The translations under genes and the position numbers were made by a program. A stretch of 64,000 bases of DNA from Candidatus Kerfeldbacteria bacterium (lineage in GTDB: Bacteria; Patescibacteriota; Patescibacteriia; UBA9570; XYC2-FULL-38-9): assembly GCA_043813585.1 (NCBI GenBank), contig JBDRKW010000006.1:15444-79443 (forward strand), in the 5' to 3' direction. Shown piece after piece: positions 47,567 to 57,632 of the stretch; positions within the stretch are counted from its first letter, which is position 1, and each line of letters begins with the position of its first letter. The notes under the pieces are model-generated. The model was given only the letters and a program-made list of their open reading frames with translations. It was not told the DNA's origin and ran no database searches.

Positions 47567-48508
47567 ATGAGCATGAAACAACTTCAAGACAAAAAGAAAA
47601 CATTGCGATGGATTGATATCACCAAGCCAACGCAACAGGACAGGGATGCGATCAAAAACGAATTTGACCTTCTGCGGATCGACCTGTCAGACGCATTCCG
47701 GTCCACCTATCGGTCTAAAATCTCGCACCGCGAGAACTATATCTTCCTGGTGCTCATGGTGCCCATCTTCCGTTACGAAACCCAGTCAATCGACATCGAA
47801 GAGATCGACCTGTTTATAGGCAAGGACTATGTCATTTCCGTACATCAGGGCAATCTCAAGCCGTTGAAAAGCCTGATTAAAACCGCGCTCAATAACGGGA
47901 ACAAGAAGGAAGAGCTGCTGGGCCGGGGCGTTGAACATTTTGCACATGAGCTGCTCAACGGGCTGCTGTCGTACACCTATCCAATGGTTGACGAAATCGA
48001 CAACGTACTGGAAAAACTCAAAATAGATATTTTCGCGGATAAAAAAAGTCGGAGAATCCTGGTGAAAGATATTCTGCTGATACGCGGCAATGTGGCCGAA
48101 CTGCGCAAGGCGATACGCGGCCATGTAACCGTAATCGGCCAGCTCATCAAACGCGACAACGACCCGAATGCCTTTGACTTTATTACTCAGCCCGCACTGT
48201 TTGAATCGCTGGTGGACGATGCGGAAGAGATCTGGGCCGCGCTTGAATCCAACAAAGAACTGATCGAGGCGCTGGAGGACGCAAACGAATCGCTGGTATC
48301 CCACAGCTTGAACGAAGTCATGAAAACGCTTACTGTGTTTTCCGCAATTATGCTCCCGTCTGTGGTGGTCGCGAGCATCTTCGGCATGAATGTGCGGTAT
48401 GCTCCCCTACTCGGGCACGAACTCGGCTTCTGGATTCTACTGATGTTTATGGGCCTTGTAACGCTGATTATGCTTTTTGTCTTCTGGAGGAAACACTGGC
48501 TCAAGTAA
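47567..48508 (+). CDS. corA: CorA family magnesium transporter
   Basis: WIDI..P, NEVMKTLT, GMN motif and two C-terminal TMs. Confidence 0.92.
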   Translation: MSMKQLQDKKKTLRWIDITKPTQQDRDAIKNEFDLLRIDLSDAFRSTYRSKISHRENYIFLVLMVPIFRYETQSIDIEEIDLFIGKDYVISVHQGNLKPLKSLIKTALNNGNKKEELLGRGVEHFAHELLNGLLSYTYPMVDEIDNVLEKLKIDIFADKKSRRILVKDILLIRGNVAELRKAIRGHVTVIGQLIKRDNDPNAFDFITQPALFESLVDDAEEIWAALESNKELIEALEDANESLVSHSLNEVMKTLTVFSAIMLPSVVVASIFGMNVRYAPLLGHELGFWILLMFMGLVTLIMLFVFWRKHWLK

Positions 48509-48517
48509 CCCAACACA

Positions 48518-49912
48518 ATGCACACACTGTCACTCTTTAACACACTGACGAAGAAAAAGGAGGAATTCGAACCGATCAAGCAAGGCGGGGTCTCGCTCTA
48601 TACGTGCGGACCGACCGTCTATAATTTTGCGCACATCGGGAACCTGCGCACGTTTGTGCTGTATGACCTGCTGCGGAGGACGCTGGAAGCGGACGGATAC
48701 GCGGTGAATCATGTCATGAACATCACTGATGTCGGCCACCTGACCAGCGATGCGGATGAAGGCGAAGACAAAATCGAAAAGGGCGCAGCGCGCGAAGGAA
48801 AAACCGCGTGGGAGGTTGCGAGTTTTTATACGGATGCCTTCCTGGAAGACGCGCGGCAGCTCAATTTGCTGCAGCCAAGCAAGATGCCCAGGGCCACCGA
48901 CCATATCCAGGAGCAGATCGACCTGATTAAGCAGCTGGAGGAAGGCGGCCATACGTATGAAACATCCGATGGCGTCTATTTTGACACCTCAACGTTTTCC
49001 GACTACGGCGCAATGGCGCGGCTGGATGTTGCCGGGCTGCAGGAAGGCGCGCGCGTCGAGAAAAATGAAGAAAAAAGAAACGTCACGGACTTTGCACTGT
49101 GGAAATTCTCGCCCAAAGACCAGAAGCGGCAGATGGAATGGGAGTCGCCGTGGGGCGTCGGGTTTCCGGGCTGGCACCTGGAGTGCTCGGCCATGGCCAT
49201 GAAGTACCTGGGCGATACGATCGACATCCACGGGGGCGGCGTCGACCATGTCCAGGTACACCACACCAATGAAATCGCGCAGTCCGAGGCCGCAACCGGA
49301 AAACAGTTCGCGCGGTTCTGGGTGCACGGCGAATTTTTGCTTATTGACGAAGGCCGCATGGGCAAGTCCGAAGGCAACTTCATCACGCTTGCTGATGTTA
49401 TCAAGAAGGGCTATAGCCCGCTCGCCTACCGCTACTTCCTGTTAAGCGCGCACTACCGTTCCAAATTGAATTTCACCTGGAAAGCGCTCGATGGCGCGTC
49501 GCAGGCGCTGAATAAGCTGGTCTATGCGCTCGCGCAGGCAGGTACGCCGAGCGAACCGATCCCGAACTTTACCGAACACTTCATGGACATGGTCAACGAC
49601 GACCTGAACATGCCGCAGGCGCTGGCCGTCATGTGGGAGATGATGAAATCAGACAATGGACCATCAGCCAAAGCCGCAACATTGTATGCCATGGACCTGA
49701 TTCTCGGATTGGGGCTGAAAGAACAGGCCGAAGAGCTGCGCGCGAAGTTAGACGAAGCCGGGAAAGAGGTGGAAGAACTTCTGGAGAAGCGAACGCAGGC
49801 GCGCTCTGATAAAAACTACGAACAAGCGGACGAAATCCGCGACCAGATACAAAAAATGGGCTTCATCGTCGAAGACACGGACGACGGCCCAATCCTGCGG
49901 CCGGCAAATTAA
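48518..49912 (+). CDS. cysS: Cysteine--tRNA ligase
   Basis: CGPTVY, HIGN, PGWHLECS, HH.NE.AQ, RMGKS (KMSKS variant). Confidence 0.98.
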   Translation: MHTLSLFNTLTKKKEEFEPIKQGGVSLYTCGPTVYNFAHIGNLRTFVLYDLLRRTLEADGYAVNHVMNITDVGHLTSDADEGEDKIEKGAAREGKTAWEVASFYTDAFLEDARQLNLLQPSKMPRATDHIQEQIDLIKQLEEGGHTYETSDGVYFDTSTFSDYGAMARLDVAGLQEGARVEKNEEKRNVTDFALWKFSPKDQKRQMEWESPWGVGFPGWHLECSAMAMKYLGDTIDIHGGGVDHVQVHHTNEIAQSEAATGKQFARFWVHGEFLLIDEGRMGKSEGNFITLADVIKKGYSPLAYRYFLLSAHYRSKLNFTWKALDGASQALNKLVYALAQAGTPSEPIPNFTEHFMDMVNDDLNMPQALAVMWEMMKSDNGPSAKAATLYAMDLILGLGLKEQAEELRAKLDEAGKEVEELLEKRTQARSDKNYEQADEIRDQIQKMGFIVEDTDDGPILRPAN

Positions 49913-50670
49913 TCCTCTTCCCTGCGGCCCAATACGATCATTGCCACGATCGGCGCGACCACCCATGCAAATACCATCCACTCGTTGGTGAAGATGGTTT
50001 GCGTGAACGGTGCAAATTTTCCGATCATCGAAGCGGGCAGATAGGTCATGGAGATCGAAATCATCAGGCCGACATGCAAAACCGAGAATATAATGGTGTG
50101 CAGGAACTTGCCGCGGCTGGCGTTATTGCCCAGCGTGCGCAGCAGCGCAGACCGCGAGATCAGGAAAAACAATATGACGAAGACGGAAATAAAGGTGGTG
50201 ATCTGGAACGCGTATTGGTTATTCCAGTCAATATTCAAAATAAAATTCGGGACCGTCTCCACCACCGCCAGCGCCATGTAGATCGATATCAGAATAACGA
50301 TAATACGGTCGCGGCCGAGCGAGATGCCGTAGAGCAGTGCAGCCACAAGGAAAAACAAAATCAAAAATACATCCCACGAAGGATTTGCAAAATCAAGGCC
50401 GTCAATAAAATCCTTGCCCTGTTCTTTGACGTTGGCGAGCGTTTCGCTGTTCTCTGCCTTGTCCACCTTCTCCACAGCAGAAATCTTGGCGTCCTCAACA
50501 GTTGCATCCGCTGCTTGCTGCGCGTCGGCATTTGCCGCTTCCATCCGATCCTGCGCTTTCTTCAACGCATTTTGCGTCGATGGACTGACTATGTTGTTAT
50601 CGTTTGCAGCTATCAAGAAATGATCACTCATCTCCTCCGCTGACCATGTTTGGTAACTCATTATCCTCAT
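49909..50670 (-). CDS. Hypothetical membrane protein (start uncertain)
   Basis: Helical N-terminus followed by about five TM segments. Confidence 0.7.
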   Translation of the reverse strand: MRIMSYQTWSAEEMSDHFLIAANDNNIVSPSTQNALKKAQDRMEAANADAQQAADATVEDAKISAVEKVDKAENSETLANVKEQGKDFIDGLDFANPSWDVFLILFFLVAALLYGISLGRDRIIVILISIYMALAVVETVPNFILNIDWNNQYAFQITTFISVFVILFFLISRSALLRTLGNNASRGKFLHTIIFSVLHVGLMISISMTYLPASMIGKFAPFTQTIFTNEWMVFAWVVAPIVAMIVLGRREED

Positions 50671-50715
50671 TATACCATAAATGCGGATATAAATACAGCG
50701 GGAGTTATCCCGCTG

Positions 50716-51822
50716 CTATTCCCCTGCCTCGTCGAGCTGTTGCAGCTCTTTGAGCAGCTTCTTTCGCTTGGAGCTGACGCGCTTTGGTATTTCCAGATGC
50801 ACTTCAACAATATGGTCGCCGCGGCCGGATGCCTGCAGGCGCGGGACGCCTTTGCCGCGCAGCCGCAACTGCGTGCCAGATGCGGTTCCGGACGGGACTT
50901 TCACGCTGAGCTCGCCATCAAGCGTTTCCACATTGATCTTTCCGCCCAGCACCAGCATGGAATATGGTACGTATTTTCGCGCAAGGATATCATAATCGCG
51001 CCGGTTCCACCCTTTGTGTTCCTCCACGTGCACGGTGACGAACAGGTCGCCAAACGGAGCGCCAAAATCACCAGCTTCACCCTGGCCGGTGACACGGATG
51101 GTCTGGCCGTTATCAATGCCCGCCGGAATATCCACCTCAATGGTGCTTTCTTTCCGCTGTACGCCCCTGCCGTTGCATTTTGAGCATGCCTGCTTCGCTT
51201 TCTTTCCGCGACCGTCGCAGTTGGTACATGGAGACTGGGTGCGTATCGCGCCCAGGAAGCTCTTCTGCACATTTTGGACTACTCCGGTGCCGTTGCAGGT
51301 CTTACATTCGTCAATAGGCGTGCCCGGTTCGGCGGTATTGCCTTTGCAATGTTCGCAAACATCGTTACGCAGGAGTTCAACGTCTTTCTGCGTCCCGAAT
51401 GCCGCATCCTTGAAATCCAGCGTAATATCCATATGGATATCCTGGCCGCGCGCCTGTTTTTGGCGGCGCCGTCCGCCGCCGAACATCTCCCCGAATATAT
51501 CGCCCAGGTCAAATTCCACGCCGCCGGCCTGTCCGCCAAATCCGCCCTGTCCTGCAGCCTGCTGCCAGCTGAATCCGCCAAACCCCGCGCCGCCCGGTCC
51601 GCTTGCACCGCCAAAGTCAGCACTGCCGAACTGGTCGTAGTTCTTCCGCTTCTGCGGATTCGAAAGCACCTGATACGCTTCGTTGACTTCCTTAAACTTG
51701 GCTTCGTCACCGCCCTGCTTGTCCGGGTGATATTGGTGCGCCAGTTTCCGGTATGCCTTTTTTATTTCCTCCTCAGGCGCGTCTTTCGAAACACCGAGCA
51801 GCTCGTAGTAATCCTTGGCCAT
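50716..51822 (-). CDS. dnaJ: Chaperone DnaJ
   Basis: HPD J-domain, G/F region, four CxxCxGxG-type repeats. Confidence 0.98.
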   Translation of the reverse strand: MAKDYYELLGVSKDAPEEEIKKAYRKLAHQYHPDKQGGDEAKFKEVNEAYQVLSNPQKRKNYDQFGSADFGGASGPGGAGFGGFSWQQAAGQGGFGGQAGGVEFDLGDIFGEMFGGGRRRQKQARGQDIHMDITLDFKDAAFGTQKDVELLRNDVCEHCKGNTAEPGTPIDECKTCNGTGVVQNVQKSFLGAIRTQSPCTNCDGRGKKAKQACSKCNGRGVQRKESTIEVDIPAGIDNGQTIRVTGQGEAGDFGAPFGDLFVTVHVEEHKGWNRRDYDILARKYVPYSMLVLGGKINVETLDGELSVKVPSGTASGTQLRLRGKGVPRLQASGRGDHIVEVHLEIPKRVSSKRKKLLKELQQLDEAGE

Positions 51823-53762
51823 TATTTATCGTCGTCTTTTTTGTCGTCTTCTTTCTTCTCTTCAAAGTCAGCATCTACAACATCTTCTTTTTTATCGCCA
51901 TCTTTGCCGTCCTCGCCTTTACCTTCCTTCTTGGCGTTTTCAGCGACCTGCTTTTCCTGTTCCTTCTTGTACAGAATCTCGCCGATCTTTTGCGCGGCAG
52001 TTGAGAGCTCTTCGCTCGCCTTCTTGATTGCGTCCACATCTTCGCCTTCAAGCGTCTTCTTCACCGCTTCCATCTTTTCTTCGATATTTTTCTTCTCGTC
52101 TGCGCTCACTTCGTCGCCGGCCTCTTTCAACGCCTTGTCAGTGGTATAGACAAGCGTCTCCGCGAGGTTGCGCGTTTCTACAAGCTCCTTCTTTTTGCGG
52201 TCGTCGTCCGCATGCTCCTCGGCTTCCTTGGTCATCTTGGCAATCTCCTCGTCAGACAAGCCGGAAGAGGCCTCAATCCGGATGGACTGCACCTTGCCTG
52301 TTGCCTTGTCGGTCGCCTTCACGTTCAGGATGCCGTTGGCGTCCACGTCAAAGGAGACTTCAACCTGCGGAATGCCGCGCGGTGACGGCGGAATGCCGGA
52401 AAGGATAAACCGTCCGAGCGATTTGTTGTCCGAAACCATTTCGCGTTCGCCCTGCACCACATGCACTTCAACCGATGTCTGGTTGTCGGCAGCAGTCGAG
52501 AAAATCTGCGATTTGGATGTAGGAATGGTCGTATTTTTTTCGATCAGCTTGGTTGCGACGCCGCCGAGCGTCTCGATGCCTAAAGACAGCGGGATCACAT
52601 CCAGCAGCAGCACGTCCTTCACCTCACCCTGCATCACGCCGGCCTGCACGGCCGCGCCCAGTGCCACCACCTCGTCCGGATTGACCGTGGCGTTCGGCTT
52701 CTTGCCGAAGAAATCTTCCACCTTCTTCTGGATCATCGGCATGCGCGTCTGGCCGCCGACCAGAATGACTTCGTTAATATCTCCCTTGTTCAAACCGGCA
52801 TCCTTCAATGACTGCTCCACCGGCCCGAACGTGCGCTCCACCAAATCGCCCACCAGCTCTTCCAGTTTGGCGCGCGAAATCTTCATCACCAGGTGCTTGG
52901 CGCCGGAATTCGGGTCGTTGGCGATGAACGGCTCGTTGATCTCCGTCTCCATGGAGGTCGACAGTTCGATCTTGGCCTTTTCTGCCGCGCTCTTCAGCCG
53001 CTGCAGCGCCAGGTTGTCCTGCGAAATATCCATTCCCTCCTGCTTCTTATACTCATCAATGATCCATTCAATCAAAATCTGGTCAAAATCGTCGCCGCCC
53101 AGGTGCGTATCGCCGGTAGTGGACTTCACCTCCACCGTATCCTCGCCCACCTCCAGCACGGACACGTCAAACGTGCCTCCGCCGAGGTCGTACACGATTA
53201 CTTTTTCATCCTTCTTTTTGTCAAAACCGTACGCGAGCGCTGCCGCGGTCGGTTCGTTGATAATGCGCTTTACGTTCAGCCCCGCAATCTTGCCCGCATC
53301 CTTGGTGGCCTGGCGCTGCGAGTCGTCGAAATAGGCCGGCACGGTGATGATCACCTCGTCGATCTTCTCGCCCAGCTTCTCTTCTGCGTCTGACTTCATC
53401 TTCTGAAGCAGTTTTGCGGAAATCTCCTGCGGCGTGTAGTCCTTGGCGCCCATGGTTACTTTAACGCGATCGCCGTCCTGCACGATCTTGTACGGCATGA
53501 GCTTGACGTCCTTTTGCACCTCGTCGTCATCCCATCGGCGACCGATCAGCCGTTTCACCGAAAAAACGGTGTTCTCCGGGTTGGTGACCGCCTGACGCTT
53601 GGCCGACTGGCCAACAAGCGGTTCGTCGTTCTTGGCGATTGCCACGATCGACGGCGTGGTGCGGTTGCCTTCCGCGTTTTCAATCACTTTCGGCTGGCCG
53701 CCTTCCATCACGGCCATGCACGAGTTGGTTGTTCCGAGGTCGATTCCCAGTATCTTTCCCAT
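51822..53762 (-). CDS. dnaK: Chaperone DnaK
   Basis: [24 protein letters not shown]. Confidence 0.99.
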   Translation of the reverse strand: MGKILGIDLGTTNSCMAVMEGGQPKVIENAEGNRTTPSIVAIAKNDEPLVGQSAKRQAVTNPENTVFSVKRLIGRRWDDDEVQKDVKLMPYKIVQDGDRVKVTMGAKDYTPQEISAKLLQKMKSDAEEKLGEKIDEVIITVPAYFDDSQRQATKDAGKIAGLNVKRIINEPTAAALAYGFDKKKDEKVIVYDLGGGTFDVSVLEVGEDTVEVKSTTGDTHLGGDDFDQILIEWIIDEYKKQEGMDISQDNLALQRLKSAAEKAKIELSTSMETEINEPFIANDPNSGAKHLVMKISRAKLEELVGDLVERTFGPVEQSLKDAGLNKGDINEVILVGGQTRMPMIQKKVEDFFGKKPNATVNPDEVVALGAAVQAGVMQGEVKDVLLLDVIPLSLGIETLGGVATKLIEKNTTIPTSKSQIFSTAADNQTSVEVHVVQGEREMVSDNKSLGRFILSGIPPSPRGIPQVEVSFDVDANGILNVKATDKATGKVQSIRIEASSGLSDEEIAKMTKEAEEHADDDRKKKELVETRNLAETLVYTTDKALKEAGDEVSADEKKNIEEKMEAVKKTLEGEDVDAIKKASEELSTAAQKIGEILYKKEQEKQVAENAKKEGKGEDGKDGDKKEDVVDADFEEKKEDDKKDDDK

Positions 53763-53792
53763 AGGTATGTACGTTATGATTTATTATTTGAA

Positions 53793-54320
53793 TTATTTAT
53801 ATACTTTTACTTTTGCCGGCTGGATCACTTTGCCTTTGAGCCGGAACCCGGTGGCGACTTCTTCCGCGACGGTTCCCGATTCGCTTTCTTTTTCTTTATC
53901 TGGCGCAACTTCTTCCACCGCTTCATGGATTTGTGGATCGAACGGTTCACCGACCGTCGGAATCGTCTCCAGGCCGTGCTCTTCCAATATCTTCATGAAG
54001 TTGCTCTGGATATGCTCCATGCCTTTCAGCCAGTCGCTGTTGCGCTGTTCTTCCGGTACCGCCCTGAACGCAAACTTGAAATGGTCCACCATCGGCAGCA
54101 GCTCCATAAGGAACTCCTCTGTGGCGTATTTCATATTGTCCGAGATCCTTTTCTGCGTTTCCTTCTGGAGGTTCTGGTAATCGGCCAGCGCCCGCTGCCA
54201 TCCGGCCAAATGCTCATCGCATTTTGTTTCGAGCTCTCGCAAGAGCTTATCCGGGCTGTCGTCTGCTTTCTTCTGCGGCTGCTTTGGGTGCTTCTGTTGC
54301 CCTTTCTTTTTATCGCTCAT
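53793..54320 (-). CDS. grpE: Nucleotide exchange factor GrpE
   Basis: RALADYQN, FDP..HEA, G.....VI.PAKV.V. Confidence 0.96.
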   Translation of the reverse strand: MSDKKKGQQKHPKQPQKKADDSPDKLLRELETKCDEHLAGWQRALADYQNLQKETQKRISDNMKYATEEFLMELLPMVDHFKFAFRAVPEEQRNSDWLKGMEHIQSNFMKILEEHGLETIPTVGEPFDPQIHEAVEEVAPDKEKESESGTVAEEVATGFRLKGKVIQPAKVKVYK

Positions 54321-55026
54321 CTTCCTCTGCAATTAATGATTCCATATACTCTAATATTGCCAAATTTGTATCATAGTCCATGCGCATCGGGCCGAGGATA
54401 CCCATCATGCCCACGGCATCTTCGTTCAGCAGATATTTCGACGCCAGGAACGCGCAATTGGCGGAAAACGGATTGTCGTGGCCGATCATGACGCTGATGT
54501 CGTCGCTCATGATGTCGTCGAGCATCCCGCGCATCTTGTCCATGTCTTCAAACAGCTCGTTCATAGCCATGACCATCTCCATCTCTGCAAATTCCGGCTT
54601 GCGGAACAGATGTGAAATGCCGGTGTAAAAATAGTTGTGCGGGCCGATCGAAACAATCACCGCTTCGTTCGTCATGTCTGCGACCGTCTTCGCCATGCGC
54701 TTCATGCGGTCAGCAACATCGAGCGTCTGCCGGTCTGCGGCAGAATCCAGCGTCTCGCGCTGCCGCCGGTTCAGCTCCTTCTGGTGCATGAAATTCTCAA
54801 TATAGAACTGGTAGCCCTGTTCCGTCGGGACGCGCCCGGCAGAGGTATGCGGCTGCATTATGTAGCCCTCGTCCTCCAGTGCCGTCATGTCATTGCGGAT
54901 CGTGGCAGACGAACAATCAAAAGCATGCTCCTCGGCAAGCGCTTTCGAGCCCACCGGTTTCGCTGTTTTGATGTACTCCTGGATGATGGCCTGCAACAGA
55001 GCCAGCTGCCGTTGTTTCTTGTCCAT
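54310..55026 (-). CDS. hrcA: Heat-inducible transcription repressor (short form)
   Basis: PVGSK, SSATIRNDM, PHTSAGRVPT, GPMRMDY. Confidence 0.95.
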   Translation of the reverse strand: MDKKQRQLALLQAIIQEYIKTAKPVGSKALAEEHAFDCSSATIRNDMTALEDEGYIMQPHTSAGRVPTEQGYQFYIENFMHQKELNRRQRETLDSAADRQTLDVADRMKRMAKTVADMTNEAVIVSIGPHNYFYTGISHLFRKPEFAEMEMVMAMNELFEDMDKMRGMLDDIMSDDISVMIGHDNPFSANCAFLASKYLLNEDAVGMMGILGPMRMDYDTNLAILEYMESLIAEEDER

Positions 55027-55036
55027 ATGGCGTAAA

Positions 55037-55063
55037 TTAGCACTCTCACGTGAAGAGTGCTAA
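55037..55063. promoter_or_regulatory. CIRCE element
   Basis: Perfect TTAGCACTC-N9-GAGTGCTAA upstream of hrcA. Confidence 0.98.
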
Positions 55064-55066
55064 ACC

Positions 55067-55094
55067 ATTATAAACGACCATACTCCCCTGTCAA
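55067..55094 (-). promoter_or_regulatory. hrcA-grpE-dnaK-dnaJ promoter
   Basis: TTGACA (55094-55089), 16 nt, TATAAT (55072-55067), adjacent to CIRCE. Confidence 0.85.
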
Positions 55095-55150
55095 GTAATA
55101 CAAAAACCCCTCTCTGAAGGGGTTTCGTTCGTGGTTGGCCGGGTATCGCG

Positions 55151-55258
55151 TTACACCACCATCGGTGCGACCAGCGCTATGACGAGAAGAGCTGAGACCG
55201 CGATGAAGAGCGATGAAACCCGGACCATTAACCGTTCGGTTTTTTGGTCAGCGTTCAT
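55151..55258 (-). CDS. Putative 35-aa single-TM small protein
   Basis: MNADQKTERLMVRVSSLFIAVSALLVIALVAPMVV; promoter TTGACA-17-TACAAT (55317-55289) and terminator hairpin at ~55102-55126. Confidence 0.6.
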   Translation of the reverse strand: MNADQKTERLMVRVSSLFIAVSALLVIALVAPMVV

Positions 55259-55344
55259 ATTTTTTTTCTATTTTTATTTTACGTTGTAATTGTAGCAAAA
55301 AAATGACCTCCTGTCAAGAGGCCACTTTGCTAAGCTTGCGCCAA

Positions 55345-55566
55345 TTACTGCTCCGGCCAAATTTGTTTGCCGTTTTCGTCCTTTACAACGACTGCATTCG
55401 TCGGGCAGGACTTGGCCGCTTCGAGGATTTCTTCATCAGAATCGCCATTCTGTTTCTTTACAACCGCAAGGCCTTCATCATCCAATTCGAACGTGTCATC
55501 GGCGATCACTGCGCAGCTTCCGGCACTCACGCACGCATCGCGAATGACTTCGACAGTATATCCCAT
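55345..55566 (-). CDS. Single-cluster ferredoxin
   Basis: CVSAGSC..F.LD..G.A..AAKSCPTNA pattern. Confidence 0.92.
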   Translation of the reverse strand: MGYTVEVIRDACVSAGSCAVIADDTFELDDEGLAVVKKQNGDSDEEILEAAKSCPTNAVVVKDENGKQIWPEQ

Positions 55567-55570
55567 AGTA

Positions 55571-56719
55571 TTATGTTAATGCTTTTACTTTTTTGATTAT
55601 TGCCGGAAGGATGTCGAGCACTGTATCGATCTCCTGCTCTGTGGTGGTGCGCCCGAGCGTGAGCCGCAGAGATTGCCGCGCCTCTGTTTTGGACCGTCCG
55701 ATTGCGAGCAGTACATGAGACGGTTCAACCGAACCAGCCGAACAGGCGGAGCCAAGCGATACCTGAATGCCTTCCTGGTCACAATACATCAGAAGCGCCT
55801 CTCCATCAACTCCCGGCAAAAAGATATTCGCGTTTTTTGGAAGACGCCGGTCGCGGTCGCCGTTCAGCTCCGCGCCGTCTGCAGCAGCCAGAATTCCGTC
55901 GATTAGTTTGTCGCGCAGCGCCGTCATTTGCTTGCTGTCTTGTTTGCGCCGCGCCTGCGCCAGCTCCAGCGCCTTTGCAAACCCCACGATGCCCGCAACA
56001 TTCTCCGTTCCAGGCCGGAGTGCCTGTTCCTGGTGGCCGCCGTACATGATCGGCTTGAGCTTCACGCCCTGCTTCACATACAGCGCGCCCGTGCCTTTCG
56101 GCCCGTAAATCTTGCTGCCGTTTATCGTCAACAAATCTACTCCCAGCTTTTTTACGTCAATGTGCAACGCATCCGGCGCCTGGCACGCGTCCGTATGGAA
56201 CAGCGCCTTGTCGCTCTTCTCCCTTACCGCCTGGACCGCTTCAGCCACAGGTTGAATGGTGCCGATCTCATTGTTCGCCATCATCACGCTGACGAGGACA
56301 GTCGAATCATCAACCGCCTGCTTCAGTACATCAACATCCAGGATGCCATTATTTTCAACGGCAACCACTTCCACGGTAAACCCCTCCTCGCGCAGCATCT
56401 CGCAGGTATGCAGCACGGCAGAATGTTCAATATTCGTGGTGACCACCTTACCAGCGCCGAACTCCCGCGCCGCTCCTAAAATTGCCAGGTTATCGCTCTC
56501 CGTTCCGCCCGCAGTGAAAATCACTTCCTGCAGCGAACAATTCAACACGCCGGCCACTATTGAACGCGCATTGTCAATCGCCTTGCGCGCTTCATGGCCC
56601 AGTGCATACTGCGCAGACGGATTTCCGTACTCGTTTTTCAAAAAAGGCTCCATCGCCGCAAACACCTCCGGGTCCATCGGGGTGGTAGCAGAATGATCGA
56701 GGTAGATAAACTGTTTCAT
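55571..56719 (-). CDS. iscS: Cysteine desulfurase, IscS/NifS class
   Basis: YLDHSATTP, GGTESDN, NNEIGT, KIYGPKG, GSACSAG. Confidence 0.93.
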   Translation of the reverse strand: MKQFIYLDHSATTPMDPEVFAAMEPFLKNEYGNPSAQYALGHEARKAIDNARSIVAGVLNCSLQEVIFTAGGTESDNLAILGAAREFGAGKVVTTNIEHSAVLHTCEMLREEGFTVEVVAVENNGILDVDVLKQAVDDSTVLVSVMMANNEIGTIQPVAEAVQAVREKSDKALFHTDACQAPDALHIDVKKLGVDLLTINGSKIYGPKGTGALYVKQGVKLKPIMYGGHQEQALRPGTENVAGIVGFAKALELAQARRKQDSKQMTALRDKLIDGILAAADGAELNGDRDRRLPKNANIFLPGVDGEALLMYCDQEGIQVSLGSACSAGSVEPSHVLLAIGRSKTEARQSLRLTLGRTTTEQEIDTVLDILPAIIKKVKALT

Positions 56720-56766
56720 TGCGTGCTTTAGTAAAAAAAGTGAAGCGGAGCGACAGAAAGCCATTG

Positions 56767-56937
56767 CTACTTGAGTTTAGCCTTCTTGCCGTTCTTGCCT
56801 TTCTTCCGGCGGTTCTTGGTACTTGTCTGCGTGCGCGCCTTGCACGCCTTGCGAGCACTCTTAGTGTGCTCTCCTTTGCCTCCGCAGTACGGACAATCCC
56901 TGTCCACACCTGCCACGGCCCGGTTAAACTGGCCCAA
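56767..56937 (-). CDS. Putative 56-aa basic zinc-binding protein
   Basis: SD GGAGGAG then TTG; MGQFNRAVAGVDRDCPYCGGKGEHTKSARKACKARTQTSTKNRRKKGKNGKKAKLK; promoter TTGACA-17-TAGACT (57050-57022). Confidence 0.6.
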   Translation of the reverse strand: MGQFNRAVAGVDRDCPYCGGKGEHTKSARKACKARTQTSTKNRRKKGKNGKKAKLK

Positions 56938-57063
56938 TACTCCTCCCCTTCCGCTTCATAGCGTTGCAACGCCTGTACGGGTGAGCTGGCCGTACAAAGC
57001 GATAAAGTAGACAACCCCAAGAGTCTACAAAACGCGGTCGCTCTTGTCAAAAAAAGAAGCGGA

Positions 57064-57504
57064 TCACTGCAAAAGTGTCCGCTGCTCTTGTTCGCCGGGC
57101 TGCGCCTGCACTTCATCGCACAAGGCGTACCGGCGCAGAATAAGCGCATTCTGCCGCTCTGACACCGCAACCTCCACCGCGCCGTACGAGCCAGTTGCGG
57201 CAAAGCGGTAAACGCCATCCCCGGCCTCCAGTGCCTTCGCCCACTTGAACGTAGTGCGCCAGACCGGGCTTGAAGGGTCGGTCTCCCAGGGTGCGTCTGC
57301 CGAAGAGCGGCAGAACCGGACCCGGAAGATCACCCGCAGCTGGTTCTTATGCGGCTCGACGACTTTCACGCGGCCGCCGAACTGGTGGCCGGTTTCAAGC
57401 TCGGTAACAACCAGATCACCAGCGATAACCCCAAAAGGAATCGCAGTCAGCATCTTTGCCTTGCCGGACAAATCGGGCTTCTTGACTCCGCGGCCTTTTT
57501 GCAT
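57064..57504 (-). CDS. Hypothetical protein
   Basis: SD GGAGG before ATG 57504; promoter TTGACA-17-TACCCT (57580-57552). Confidence 0.6.
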   Translation of the reverse strand: MQKGRGVKKPDLSGKAKMLTAIPFGVIAGDLVVTELETGHQFGGRVKVVEPHKNQLRVIFRVRFCRSSADAPWETDPSSPVWRTTFKWAKALEAGDGVYRFAATGSYGAVEVAVSERQNALILRRYALCDEVQAQPGEQEQRTLLQ

Positions 57505-57584
57505 GGCATCCCCCTCCAATGGATGAATGGCGATTGTGCTAGGCGATGTTCAGGGTATGGGAGCATACCTGCTTTGTCAATAAC

Positions 57585-57608
57585 AAAAACTCCCGTTGCC
57601 GGGAGTTA
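57585..57608 (-). terminator. Intrinsic terminator
   Basis: AACTCCCG..CGGGAGTT stem with A-run. Confidence 0.75.
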
Positions 57609-57632
57609 ATTACTTGCTTGATTCAACAGGAG

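Noticed and set aside
52168-53334. 388-aa ORF antisense to dnaK, and similar antisense ORFs over gap and dnaX
   Set aside because: Typical antisense shadow ORFs of conserved, codon-biased genes
56592-57218. 208-aa minus-strand ORF
   Set aside because: Overlaps iscS and the 57064-57504 gene; the SD-led 56-aa ORF in another frame explains the region better
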